From Alphaproteobacteria bacterium (GTDB taxonomy: Bacteria > Pseudomonadota > Alphaproteobacteria > SMXQ01): a DNA stretch of 64,000 nucleotides. The translations under genes and the position numbers were made by a program. Below the pieces are notes generated by a model. That model searched no databases. It was not told the origin of the DNA and was given only the letters and a program-made list of their open reading frames with translations. This document shows positions 35,364-44,471 of the stretch, in pieces (the first letter of the stretch is position 1; the number at the start of each line of letters is the position of its first letter). The stretch spans positions 2,847 to 66,846 of the forward strand of contig JAWWBR010000001.1 in the NCBI GenBank assembly GCA_033720855.1, written 5' to 3'.

Positions 35364-36500
35364 TCAGTCGCGAATGTCCTGCAGGAACCAGTCGGTGGGA
35401 ATTTCCTGGCCCAAGCCTTGCGTTTTGGCGCGCTCATAGACGACCCGGCCGCAGGCGGAGAACTGCAGGCCCTGGTTGCCGACATTGCGGTAGAAGGTGA
35501 CCTGGTCGGGAGAGGTGCGCCCCTCCACCTTGCCGGAGGCGAGATCGGCGAAGTCGGGCTTGTCGCCGCCCTTGCCGCGGTCGGTAAACTCGGGGTCGTC
35601 GCCGCCGAAGCCGGGCTGCGGGTTCTTTTCGGGGATCCGCTTCATCTCCTCCACCGTGCCGCCGATATAGGCCGCCGGCGAGAGGCCGCGTTCGGCCTGG
35701 AAGCGCTCGGTCTGCCTCATCTGCAGGCCCGCCGTCCCCTGGCGGATGACGACGTCGAACTTCTCGCCGGCGGCATCGGGCATCTCGCGGCGGCCGAGGT
35801 TGGTGACATGCATGCCCGGCTCGATCCATTCGGCGTCGTAGACGGGGTTCATGGCGTCGGTGCAGCTGGTCAGGATATCGCAGCCCTTGACCGCGTCGCG
35901 CGGGTTGTCCACGGCGATGACCTCGATGTTGAGGCGTTTCGACATCTCCTCGGCGTACTCCTCGCGGTGCTCGGGGGTGGGGCTGTAGACCTTGCACTGG
36001 CGGACGTCGCGCACGCCCTTGAAGGCCTGCAGGAAGGTCCGCGCCATGCCGCCCGAGCCGAGCATGCCGACGACGTGGGAGTCCTCGCGCGCCAGATACT
36101 TGACGCCGAGCCCGGCGCCGGCGCCGACCCGCATGTGCTGCAGCACGCCGTCGTTGATGAAGGCCAGCGGCTCGGCGTTCTCGGTGGAGATCAGCAGGAT
36201 CACCCCGCAATAGGTGCCCGGCTCGATGCAGTATTTCTCTTCCGTCCAGTTGCCGTTCTCGTCCTCGGGCCAGTGCATGATGTCGGACTTCATGCGGATG
36301 GCGAAATAGCCGTCGTTGGCGCCCTCCATGGTGCCCCAGCGGAAGTAGCCGTCGTCGCGCTGGCAGGGGAAGTACATGTCGATGCGCGGCCGGTGGATGG
36401 CCTCGCCCGTGGGCAGTTTCTTGAACGCGGCTTCGAGCGCGTCGATGCAGTCCTCGACGGTGATGAGTTCCGTGACCAGATCGTTGTTGATGATGAGCAT
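35364..36500 (-). CDS. Ornithine cyclodeaminase/mu-crystallin family protein
   Basis: 378 aa. N-terminal MLIINNDLVTELITVEDCIDALEAAF and NAD Rossmann motif GMLGSGGMARTFLQAF. Longer C-terminus than typical family members. Confidence 0.8.
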   Translation of the reverse strand: MLIINNDLVTELITVEDCIDALEAAFKKLPTGEAIHRPRIDMYFPCQRDDGYFRWGTMEGANDGYFAIRMKSDIMHWPEDENGNWTEEKYCIEPGTYCGVILLISTENAEPLAFINDGVLQHMRVGAGAGLGVKYLAREDSHVVGMLGSGGMARTFLQAFKGVRDVRQCKVYSPTPEHREEYAEEMSKRLNIEVIAVDNPRDAVKGCDILTSCTDAMNPVYDAEWIEPGMHVTNLGRREMPDAAGEKFDVVIRQGTAGLQMRQTERFQAERGLSPAAYIGGTVEEMKRIPEKNPQPGFGGDDPEFTDRGKGGDKPDFADLASGKVEGRTSPDQVTFYRNVGNQGLQFSACGRVVYERAKTQGLGQEIPTDWFLQDIRD

Positions 36501-36645
36501 AAGCCGCTTCCCCTGAGAGATTGCCTGTTGGTCCGTATCGGTTTGGGCGCTATACGAACGCCTGCGAGATATGTTTTAGCGCCCTCCGCGGCGGGGGGCA
36601 AATGGCACGCAACGGCGTGCGCCCAAGCCCGGGGAAGGATTTTCC

Positions 36646-37446
36646 GTGTCCGATCTCACCGTCAACGGCCTCCGCTTCCATGTCCGCATCGATGGCCCGG
36701 AGGGCGCGCCCTGGGTGACCTTCTCCAACTCGCTGGCGACCGACTTGGGCCTGTGGGACGAGCAGGTGGCGCTGATCGCCGACCGTTTCCGCGTGCTGCG
36801 CTATGACACAAGGGGCCACGGGCGGAGCGAGCGCGCGCCGCCGCCCTACGATTTCGCCACGCTGCAAGCGGACGTGATCGGCTTGTGGGACGCGCTGGGA
36901 ATCGCGAAATCCCACTATGTGGGATTGTCCCTGGGCGGGTCCACCGGGATCGGCCTCGCCATCGCCCATCCCGGGAGGGTCGCGAGCCTGGCTGCCTGCG
37001 ACTGCCGGGTGACGGCGCCCGAGCCATTCCGGCAGGCTTGGGAGTCGCGCATCGATATTGCGCTTGAGGACGGCATGGCCGGGCTGGTGGAGGAGACCAT
37101 GACGCGCTGGTTCACGGAGCCGACGCTCTCCGCCGGCGGCGCCCGGCTGGATCGCATCCGCGAGATGATCCGCGCCACCTCGGTCGACGGGTTCATCGGC
37201 TGCGCCCGGGCCCTGCAGGGGATCGACTACCTCGATCGGGTGGCCGCGATCTCCTGCCCGACGCTGTTCGTGGTGGGGGAGGCGGACCCGGCGGCGACGC
37301 CGGAGCTCATCGGCGCCATGCACGCCCGCGTCAATGGTTCGCAATTGATCGAGATCCCGGGCGCCGCCCATATCTCCAATATCGAGAACCCGTCGGCCTT
37401 CAACGAAGCGGTCATTCCGTTCCTCGACTCCCGGCTTGCCGGGTAG
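36646..37446 (+). CDS. Alpha/beta hydrolase, 3-oxoadipate enol-lactonase (PcaD)-like
   Basis: 266 aa, GTG start. NGLRFHVRIDGPEGAPWVTFSNSLATDLGLWDEQ..RYDTRGHGRS and nucleophile elbow GLSLGG. Confidence 0.8.
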   Translation: MSDLTVNGLRFHVRIDGPEGAPWVTFSNSLATDLGLWDEQVALIADRFRVLRYDTRGHGRSERAPPPYDFATLQADVIGLWDALGIAKSHYVGLSLGGSTGIGLAIAHPGRVASLAACDCRVTAPEPFRQAWESRIDIALEDGMAGLVEETMTRWFTEPTLSAGGARLDRIREMIRATSVDGFIGCARALQGIDYLDRVAAISCPTLFVVGEADPAATPELIGAMHARVNGSQLIEIPGAAHISNIENPSAFNEAVIPFLDSRLAG

Positions 37447-37498
37447 GGGAAAAAACGCCGACAATACCTGCCGACACCAAGACCTTGGGGGAGGGGGC

Positions 37499-38488
37499 AT
37501 GCCGCCGCTGCACATCAACATTGCCACCAGCGACTACGACCACATCCGCGACATCGCGCTCGGCCGCGTGCCGATCGAGGGCACCACCTTCAACTACCAG
37601 ATCTATCCCATCGAGGAGACCTTCTACCGCTTCGTCCATTACCGCGAGTGGGAGGTCTCGGAGATGTCCTTCGGCAAGTTCGCCTCGATCATGTCGGAGC
37701 CCGAGCCCGGCATCATCGGCCTGCCCATCTTCACCGCCCGCATGTTCCGCCAGAGCTCGGTCTACGTGCGCAAGGATGCCGGCATCGAGACCGCCGCCGA
37801 TCTGCGCGGCAAGCGCGTCGGCGTTCCCGAATGGGCCCAGACCGCGGCCGTCTACACCCGCGGCTGGCTGACCGACGACATCGGCATTCCGCTGTCGGAG
37901 ATCGAATGGTTCCAGGCCGGGCTCAACGAGCCGGGCCGGCGCGAGCAGATCGAGCTCAACCTGCCCGACGGCTGCAACCTCACCCCGGTGCCCGACAAGT
38001 CCTTGAAGGACATGCTCGAGGCGGGCGAGTTGGACGCCTGTTTCGCGGCCCGGCCGCCCCAGGGGATGGAGGCGCCGGGCAGCAACATCAGGCCCCTGTT
38101 CGCCGACGGCCCGGCCGAGGAGGCGGCCTATTTCGAACACTCGGGCGTCTTCCCCATCATGCACACGGTGGCGATCCGCGGCGACGTCTATGCGGCCAAT
38201 CCCTGGCTCGCCCAGAACCTGTTCAAGGCCTTCACCCGGGCCCGGGAGATGAGCCTCGCGCGCATTTTCGACCGCCAGACCTCGCGCTTCATGGTGCCGT
38301 GGCTGGTGGATTACGCCGAGGCCAAGCGGGCCGAGCTGGGGGCGGACTATTTCCCCTACGGGCTGGAGGAGAACCGCAAGACGCTCGAGGTCTATCTGCG
38401 CTGGTGTTACGAGCAGGGCATCGCCAAGCGCGAGCTTACGCCAGACGAGCTGTTTGCGCCGGAGACGCGCAGCGCCTTCAAGGTCTAG
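37499..38488 (+). CDS. 4,5-dihydroxyphthalate decarboxylase-like protein (NMT1/periplasmic-binding-protein fold)
   Basis: ATG 37499 in frame with track ORF 37436..38488. SDYDHIRDIALGRVPIEG..FYRFVHYREWEVSEMSFGKF resembles PhtD-type proteins (from memory). Confidence 0.65.
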   Translation: MPPLHINIATSDYDHIRDIALGRVPIEGTTFNYQIYPIEETFYRFVHYREWEVSEMSFGKFASIMSEPEPGIIGLPIFTARMFRQSSVYVRKDAGIETAADLRGKRVGVPEWAQTAAVYTRGWLTDDIGIPLSEIEWFQAGLNEPGRREQIELNLPDGCNLTPVPDKSLKDMLEAGELDACFAARPPQGMEAPGSNIRPLFADGPAEEAAYFEHSGVFPIMHTVAIRGDVYAANPWLAQNLFKAFTRAREMSLARIFDRQTSRFMVPWLVDYAEAKRAELGADYFPYGLEENRKTLEVYLRWCYEQGIAKRELTPDELFAPETRSAFKV

Positions 38489-38606
38489 GCCTCCGCTCTG
38501 GCCCTGGGGGCGAAAAGATAGAATAATGGCCCGAGCCGCGTGTCATATTTTGGGCGAAATTGCGATCCATGGTCGCGACTGTTCGCCGCAACAGCCGAGG
38601 ATCGTC

Positions 38607-39164
38607 ATGAAACTGAAACTGCTTGCCCCCTTAATGATGGCCGTTCTGCTGGGCGCCTGCGCCTCCGGCGATACGCCGGCGGAGAAACGCGCCGACATCC
38701 AGAAGATGCGCGCCGAGACGCTGGCCAAGCTCTACAAGCTGCAGCCGGGCGCGCGCACGCGCATCCGCACGGCGGCGGGCTACGGCGTGTTCACCAATAT
38801 CGGCGTCCACGTGATCTGGCTCGGCGCCGCCGGCGGTTGGGGCGTCGTGCGCGACAATACGACCGGCAAGGACACCTACATGAACATGGGCCAGGCGGGT
38901 ATCGGGCTCGGACTCGGCATCAAGGATTTCCGCGGTGTCTTCGTCTTCACCGAGAAGAAATATCTCGATTGGTTCGTCAACAAGGGCTGGGACGCCTCGG
39001 CCCAGGCCGACGCCGCGGCCAAGGCCGGCAAGAAGGGCGACGCCTGGGCCGGCGCCGTGGATGTCGCGCCGGGCATCTATCTCTATCAGATCACCGAGCA
39101 CGGTTTGGCCCTTCAGGCCACCATCCAGGGCACCAAGTACTGGAAGAGCAAGGAGCTCAACTAG
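38607..39164 (+). CDS. Lipoprotein with SYLF/Ysc84-like domain
   Basis: ATG 38607 in frame with track ORF 38454..39164. Lipobox LLGAC. GYGVFTNIG..GAAGGWGVV..GIGLGLGIKDFRGVFVF pattern (tentative family call). Confidence 0.65.
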   Translation: MKLKLLAPLMMAVLLGACASGDTPAEKRADIQKMRAETLAKLYKLQPGARTRIRTAAGYGVFTNIGVHVIWLGAAGGWGVVRDNTTGKDTYMNMGQAGIGLGLGIKDFRGVFVFTEKKYLDWFVNKGWDASAQADAAAKAGKKGDAWAGAVDVAPGIYLYQITEHGLALQATIQGTKYWKSKELN

Positions 39165-39173
39165 CCCCCGTCG

Positions 39174-39524
39174 TCACCTGCGGTACCCCGCGTCAGGCGG
39201 ACCGGAGTCTTGTATCGCCCTGGAAATCCGTCGTTTGATTTCGGCGGGTTGCTCATCGACGGCGCGACAGACCCGCCGAAGCTCGGCCCGCAGCCCGTAG
39301 ATTTGGTCCATCAGCGACAACACGACATCGACCGCGTCCTCGCTCAGTTTCAGCTCGTCCTTGAGTTCGCAGACCAGCCGGGCCCGGGCCAGATCGAGCT
39401 CGTCGAAGCGCGGCCCCTGCCGGCCGACCATCGGCGCGATCCAGCCTTTGCGCACCCAAAGGCGTAGCCGGCGCATGGTGAGTTCCTCGACCGCATTGAC
39501 CAGATCTCCTTCCGAGAATTTCAT
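39174..39524 (-). CDS. cbpM: Chaperone modulator CbpM (MerR-like)
   Basis: ATG 39524 overlaps the cbpA stop (ATGA) inside track ORF 39174..39575. About 116 aa with a MerR-like N-terminus, immediately downstream of cbpA. Confidence 0.8.
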   Translation of the reverse strand: MKFSEGDLVNAVEELTMRRLRLWVRKGWIAPMVGRQGPRFDELDLARARLVCELKDELKLSEDAVDVVLSLMDQIYGLRAELRRVCRAVDEQPAEIKRRISRAIQDSGPPDAGYRR

Positions 39525-40447
39525 GCAGTCCTCCTCAAATTCGCCCGGGGGTCGTATCCATGGCTCTTGCGCCACGAGCGCATGAAGTCGGCAAGGTCGT
39601 CGTCGACCTCGTCGGGGAGAACGACCCTGATCGTCACCCGCTGGTCGCCGGTGCGGCCTTTGGCGCCCTTGATGCCCTTGCCGCGGAGCCTCAGGACATC
39701 CCCGCTGCTCGCGCCTTTGGGAATGGTCATCATGACCTTGCCCGTGGTGGTCGGGACCTCGACCTTTCCCCCGAGGACCGCTTCGTCGAGGGTGACGGGC
39801 AGATCGAGGACGATGTCATCGTTTTCGCGCCGGAACAGGGGGTGGGGCCGAACCGATATCTCCACCAGGGCATCGCCCGGTGGGCCGCCGCCGATTCCCT
39901 GGCCGCCTTTGCCGCGTAGCCGGAGGATCCCGCCATCCCTGGTTCCTGGCGGAATGCTGAGATCGAGCAATTTTCCGTCGGGCATGGTGATGCGGCGTTT
40001 GGCCCCGTTCACGGCATCGAGAAAATCGACATCCAGGTGGTAGCGCAGGTCCTGGCCGCGGATCCGCATGGTGCCGCGGGATTGGCCGCGCCGCCGGAAG
40101 AGGTCGGAGAAGAAATCCGACATGTCGCCCAGGTCTTCGAATCCGGATGACGAGTAATAGCGCTCGCCGCCATCGGCTTCGGCATCGGCGTAGTTCCGGT
40201 AGAACTGATGCTCGGGCCGTTCCGCGCCGGATTCGTCGATCTCCCCCCGATCATAGCGGGCCCGCTGTTCCGCATTGTTGAGGATCCGGTAGGCGCTGGA
40301 CACCTTCTTGAACCGTTCCTCGGCTTGCTTGTCGCCGGGATTGAGATCCGGATGCAGCTCTTTGACCAGCTTGCGATAGGCTTTGCGGATGTCGGCTTGC
40401 GAAGAGTCCTTTGAAACCCCGAGGATGTCATAAAGATCGTCACTCAC
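39521..40447 (-). CDS. cbpA: Curved DNA-binding protein / DnaJ-class co-chaperone CbpA
   Basis: 308 aa, GTG start. J domain DLYDILGVSKDSSQADIRKAYRKLVKELHPDLNPGD. DnaJ C-terminal domains without the zinc finger. Confidence 0.9.
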   Translation of the reverse strand: MSDDLYDILGVSKDSSQADIRKAYRKLVKELHPDLNPGDKQAEERFKKVSSAYRILNNAEQRARYDRGEIDESGAERPEHQFYRNYADAEADGGERYYSSSGFEDLGDMSDFFSDLFRRRGQSRGTMRIRGQDLRYHLDVDFLDAVNGAKRRITMPDGKLLDLSIPPGTRDGGILRLRGKGGQGIGGGPPGDALVEISVRPHPLFRRENDDIVLDLPVTLDEAVLGGKVEVPTTTGKVMMTIPKGASSGDVLRLRGKGIKGAKGRTGDQRVTIRVVLPDEVDDDLADFMRSWRKSHGYDPRANLRRTA

Positions 40448-40880
40448 TGGGCTGCTCCATAACCTGTGAAGGGGCGTCCGCCGCGCCTTGCGCCGGTGCT
40501 CCGGCGGCGGCCTGTTTCACGTCCTTTGCAAATTTGCGAAGCGCGTCCTCATCGAGGGTCTCTTTCTTGAGCGGCTCCCGGGCGCTTCGTGCCAACGGCG
40601 TCCGATTGTGCCCGAAATCCGAAGACCGGGGAAACGATGCCCTTGACGACCCCACGGGCCGTTTCGCTGGACCTGGATTCACAACAGACCACACACCCTC
40701 CTCGTGAAGCGATGTGCAAACGCCGCGCGGCTCACCCTCGGGGCCAAGCCTCGCCACCGGTCGATCGCGGTTTCCCGCCGATCGACGTTAAGGATGTAAT
40801 TCCGGCGCGCCACGGTTCAAGAGCCGGGCATCGCGCGTCAGAATTTATTGCCTGCCCGTCCGCGAGGGCGGTGGCCCATA

Positions 40881-42065
40881 TCAAGCGACGTCGATCTTCG
40901 GGCCCTTCAGCACATGGCAGCGGATGCGGCCCTTCTTGGCGGTGTCGATCTCGCCCCGCGGCTCCGTTTCGAATTGGCCGGCAAGCTTCGCGCAGGTCGC
41001 TGCGGAGAGCAAAATCTCGCCGGGATTGGCGTTAGCCTCCATGAGCGCAGCCACATTGACGGCGTCGCCCCAGATATCGAAGGCGAACTTGCGCTTGCCG
41101 ACCACACCCGCCATGACGCCGCCCGAATGGAGGCCGATGCGGATCTCCCAGAGCGGCAGCTTCATTTTTGCCCGCTGTGCGTTCACCCTGGCCATGTGAT
41201 CCCGGATCGCGAGAGCCGTTGCCGCGGCGTCGAGCGCATGGCGGCCGCTCGGCTCGGGCAGGCCAGCGGCGCACATATAGGCATCTCCGATGGTCTTGAG
41301 CTTTTCCAAACCGTGGCGGGCGACGATATCATCGAAAGCCGAGAAATGCGCATTGAGCTCTTCGACCAGGGCGCGCGGTTCCAGGCCCTCGGTCAGCCGC
41401 GTGAAGCCCTTGAAATCGGTGAACAGGATCGTGACCTGGTCGTAGTAGCGGGGCCGCACCTGGCCCTCCGCTTTGAGTTCCTCGGCGACGTTGCCAGGGA
41501 GGATGTTGTCGAGCAGCGTGTCCGCCCGCTGCTTTTCTTCGGCCAGAGTTTCACGCATTTTGTCGAGCTCGGCGATCTTGCGGCGCAACTCCAGTTGGGT
41601 GACCGCCTGATGGGTAAGGAAGCGCAGCGCCTCGACCTGGCGGTCGTCAATCCGCCGGGGGATGAAGTCCAGCACGCAAAGGGTGCCGAGCGCATAGCCG
41701 TCCTGGTTGATCATGGGCATTCCCGCATAGAATCGGAAATGGGGTCGGTCACGGACCGTCTGTTGATCGGCGAAACGCGGGTCCTCTGTCAGATCGGGGA
41801 CGACGAGCATCTCGCTGCTGCAAATGGTCGTACAGCAAATACCGCCCCTGGGCTCGCTGTTGACGTGTTCGGGGATGCCGCATTTGCCCTTGTACCATTC
41901 CCATTTGTCGTCGACCACGTTGACTGCGGCGACCGGGCACTCGCAGATCTTGGCCGCGATCTCGGCGATCTGGTCGAAGTCCATCTCTGGCGGGGTTCCG
42001 GCGACATTGTAGGTCTCCAGCGCCGCCAGCCGCTCGGCCTCGTTACCGGGAATCGGGTAATCCAT
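40881..42065 (-). CDS. GAF domain-containing class III adenylate cyclase
   Basis: 394 aa. N-terminal GAF, coiled linker, then cyclase domain with metal Asps (ILFTDFKGFT, KTIGDAYM) and the Lys..Asp (KTIGD / FDIWGD) pair indicative of ATP specificity. Confidence 0.88.
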   Translation of the reverse strand: MDYPIPGNEAERLAALETYNVAGTPPEMDFDQIAEIAAKICECPVAAVNVVDDKWEWYKGKCGIPEHVNSEPRGGICCTTICSSEMLVVPDLTEDPRFADQQTVRDRPHFRFYAGMPMINQDGYALGTLCVLDFIPRRIDDRQVEALRFLTHQAVTQLELRRKIAELDKMRETLAEEKQRADTLLDNILPGNVAEELKAEGQVRPRYYDQVTILFTDFKGFTRLTEGLEPRALVEELNAHFSAFDDIVARHGLEKLKTIGDAYMCAAGLPEPSGRHALDAAATALAIRDHMARVNAQRAKMKLPLWEIRIGLHSGGVMAGVVGKRKFAFDIWGDAVNVAALMEANANPGEILLSAATCAKLAGQFETEPRGEIDTAKKGRIRCHVLKGPKIDVA

Positions 42066-42208
42066 GCGTCAGACGTTCCTCCGCTTGCATGTATAGCGCT
42101 GCACCGTCGCCCCGCGCCAGCACCAAAGCCCCGCGCCACTTGACTCGCGGGCCTTAGCATCTAGGCTTGCAGCCCCGCCCGAGAAGGGGCAAGACAGGGA
42201 GAAACGAC

Positions 42209-42769
42209 ATGTCGCAGCCAGAGTCCACGGTCCATAACGGCGTCAACGTTGCCGCCTTGCTAGAAGCAAGAAATGCGCTGACCGAAACACCGGAAGCCGC
42301 CCGATTCAACTGGCGGGCGACTTGCGAATGGAAGGACGGAACCTACAGTCGCTCCACCGTCGACGGTTTTTTCGGGCTCGGCGAGGAGCAACGCCACAAG
42401 ACCCGCTTCGACTTCGATACCGACCATCCGGAAATCTTCGCCTCCGAAGACCGTGGCGCGGCGCCCGTGGAATACATTCTTGTCGGTCTGGCGGGCTGCC
42501 TTACGGCGGGCATCGCGGCAATCGCCCAGCACCGCAATATCCAGTTGCGTTCGGTCACGGCGACTGTCGAAGCGGGCATGGATATCCAAGGGATTCTCGG
42601 CATCGATCCAGATGTGCGCAACGGGTTTAGCGGCATCAAGGTGTCCTACAAAATCGATGCCGATGCCGGCGAAGATGAAATCAAGTCCCTCGTCGCCCAG
42701 TCTCAGAAGCGCTCTGCGGTCTATGACATTGTCGCGAACCCGACCAGTATCACCGTCGAAGTGAATTGA
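42209..42769 (+). CDS. OsmC family peroxiredoxin-like protein
   Basis: ATG 42209 in frame with track ORF 42167..42769. OsmC fold motif with conserved Cys (LVGLAGCLTAG). Confidence 0.8.
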   Translation: MSQPESTVHNGVNVAALLEARNALTETPEAARFNWRATCEWKDGTYSRSTVDGFFGLGEEQRHKTRFDFDTDHPEIFASEDRGAAPVEYILVGLAGCLTAGIAAIAQHRNIQLRSVTATVEAGMDIQGILGIDPDVRNGFSGIKVSYKIDADAGEDEIKSLVAQSQKRSAVYDIVANPTSITVEVN

Positions 42770-43107
42770 AACGGCATGCCATAGGCCCGGGGCAAGCGGG
42801 ACTAGGACCGGGATTGGCGCCGCCTCCGCTTGGGAAGGACCGGGCTCTAGTATCGGCCCCCTCTCCGTTTTCGTTTGATGGAAGACATCAATCCAATATC
42901 CGCTTTTCGCCGGAAGCGGACGAGTGGGCGGTGCCCCCAAATCGTGCCGCAGGGCCCGGCGGCGGGCCGGCCCGGCGTCAAGGTTGCGGCGGCTTGGGTC
43001 CGAAGGCCGCCTCGCCCATGGGGCCGGATCAAGCCTTGCCCCCGGATGGATCAGGAGCCGGCAGAAGAGCCGGCCCCCTCAAAGGCTCCGATTCACCGCT
43101 TTCGGGA

Positions 43108-44148
43108 TCAGAAGTTGGGATCCGATGCAACGTTGCCCAAGGCGCAGTCCGTTACTCCGATGGACGTTGCCCCTGAGACGTTGGCATCCGCGCCAGTGCC
43201 GAAAATCTGAATCACCCTGACCTGGAGCGAGCTGAATTCCCGACACGAAACTCCGAATACGCCGTTCCGCTGGAAGGTATTGGGATTGGCGATGGAAACG
43301 TTTCGCGCGAGACGGGCGCTGCTGTTGCGGCCGACCCGGACGCCGTTCCCGGCGTTGTCGGTGATCACATTGTCATCGATGTCGGCATTGCCGCCATCGG
43401 CCAGCAGAATGCCGTTGCTGGCATTGCTTGTGATGGTGTTGCCGTAAATGTTCCCGCTTGCCGATCCGGAGACGATGATCCCATGGCGTCCGTTGTTCTT
43501 TACGACATTGTTGCCCTCGACCTGCGCAAAGCTGCTGTCGGTTATGTGAATTCCATGGGAGCCGGAGCCGTCGACCGTGTTGTTGTCGATCCTCGCCGAT
43601 GAGCTTTCTCGGATGAAGATGCCTTGGCTGCCGGAACCCACGATCGTGTTGTTTCTTATCAAGGCGAAACCCGACCTTTCGACTTGAATCCCACGCGTGA
43701 CGCCGGTGATGGCCATGAACCCGCTGACCTCCGCATTCATGGCGCGGACGCGGATGGCCGCGCCGCTTCCCGCGGGCGCGATCACTTTCGCACTCGAGAC
43801 ACCCACGAGCTTGATCTTCGCCGTGTTTATCGTGACCGCTTCGTTGCAGGTGCCGGACACTTCAATGGTGTCTCCGGGTACGGCGGCATCAAGCGCGGCT
43901 TGAATGGTCTCCGCCGCGGAGCAATCGACGGATTTCGTGCCCGGGATGACAAGGTTCTGAAGGTCGATGATCGACTGCCCCTGCGAAGCATTCGTTTGCT
44001 CAATGTCCCAAACGCGTTCTTCCAGGGCTTGGATCCCCCCACGTGCCACGGCATCGTGGCCGGTTTCGTGATCGGCGATGGCCGGTAGGGCTGTGAGCGC
44101 GAAAATCGCGGCCATGACCGGCGCGAGGGGGCGTAGATTCATGCTCAT
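43108..44148 (-). CDS. Secreted right-handed parallel beta-helix repeat protein (pectin-lyase fold, NosD/CASH-like)
   Basis: ATG 44148 preceded by GGGAGA. Signal peptide MSMNLRPLAPVMAAIFALTALPAIA. Short coiled segment, then repeated N-N-x-I/V..G..GI turns (IRNNTIVGSGSQGIFI, IDNNTVDGSGSHGIHI, VEGNNVVKNNGRHGIIV, IYGNTITSNASNGILL, IDDNVITDNAGNGVRV). The track ORF extends to TTG 44220. Confidence 0.8.
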   Translation of the reverse strand: MSMNLRPLAPVMAAIFALTALPAIADHETGHDAVARGGIQALEERVWDIEQTNASQGQSIIDLQNLVIPGTKSVDCSAAETIQAALDAAVPGDTIEVSGTCNEAVTINTAKIKLVGVSSAKVIAPAGSGAAIRVRAMNAEVSGFMAITGVTRGIQVERSGFALIRNNTIVGSGSQGIFIRESSSARIDNNTVDGSGSHGIHITDSSFAQVEGNNVVKNNGRHGIIVSGSASGNIYGNTITSNASNGILLADGGNADIDDNVITDNAGNGVRVGRNSSARLARNVSIANPNTFQRNGVFGVSCREFSSLQVRVIQIFGTGADANVSGATSIGVTDCALGNVASDPNF

Positions 44149-44176
44149 GACGGTTCTCCCTGATATGGAAATGCCG

Positions 44177-44200
44177 AAAACCCAGGCGAATTCGCCTGGG
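44177..44200 (-). terminator. Perfect 20-bp palindrome plus U-tract: intrinsic terminator/attenuator in the leader of the beta-helix gene
   Basis: The minus strand reads CCCAGGCG-AATT-CGCCTGGG followed by TTTTCGGCATTT. It ends about 29 nt before the start codon at 44148. Confidence 0.6.
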
Positions 44201-44471
44201 CAAACGCGTCCGCGCACCAAATTTACGTATGATTTATTTACGACTGACGTGTGAATAGAGGTAGAATAGAAATTCTATATACCGTTTTAACTTACAAAAA
44301 CAAACAGTTTTGCCTTTTGAAATTTTATCTATTTTATGCAACGGAAGTCGAGTCTAATTTTTATTTACAGGTGAGTCCACACCGTGCGTCTTCACGGGAG
44401 GGATGCTTGGCGGGTCTCGACCGCACGCCCTGCGCGGTGCTCATCGGCAGAACCGGCCTCGGCTTTGGTTT

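Noticed and set aside
40440-40757. 105-aa ORF upstream of cbpA that overlaps its start.
   Set aside because: The N-terminal two-thirds is Arg/Ser/Pro-rich and non-protein-like. Only the last ~45 codons (LKKETLDEDALRKFAKDVKQ..) look plausible, and they lack a convincing start or SD. This may simply be the cbpA leader.
42770-43107. Overlapping ORFs of 61-136 aa in the gap between OsmC and the beta-helix gene.
   Set aside because: All translations are Gly/Pro/Arg-rich with no start context. The region is treated as non-coding, possibly a decayed gene remnant. Its hairpins (for example TCCGCTT-N8-AAGCGGA at 42899..42920) lack U-tracts.
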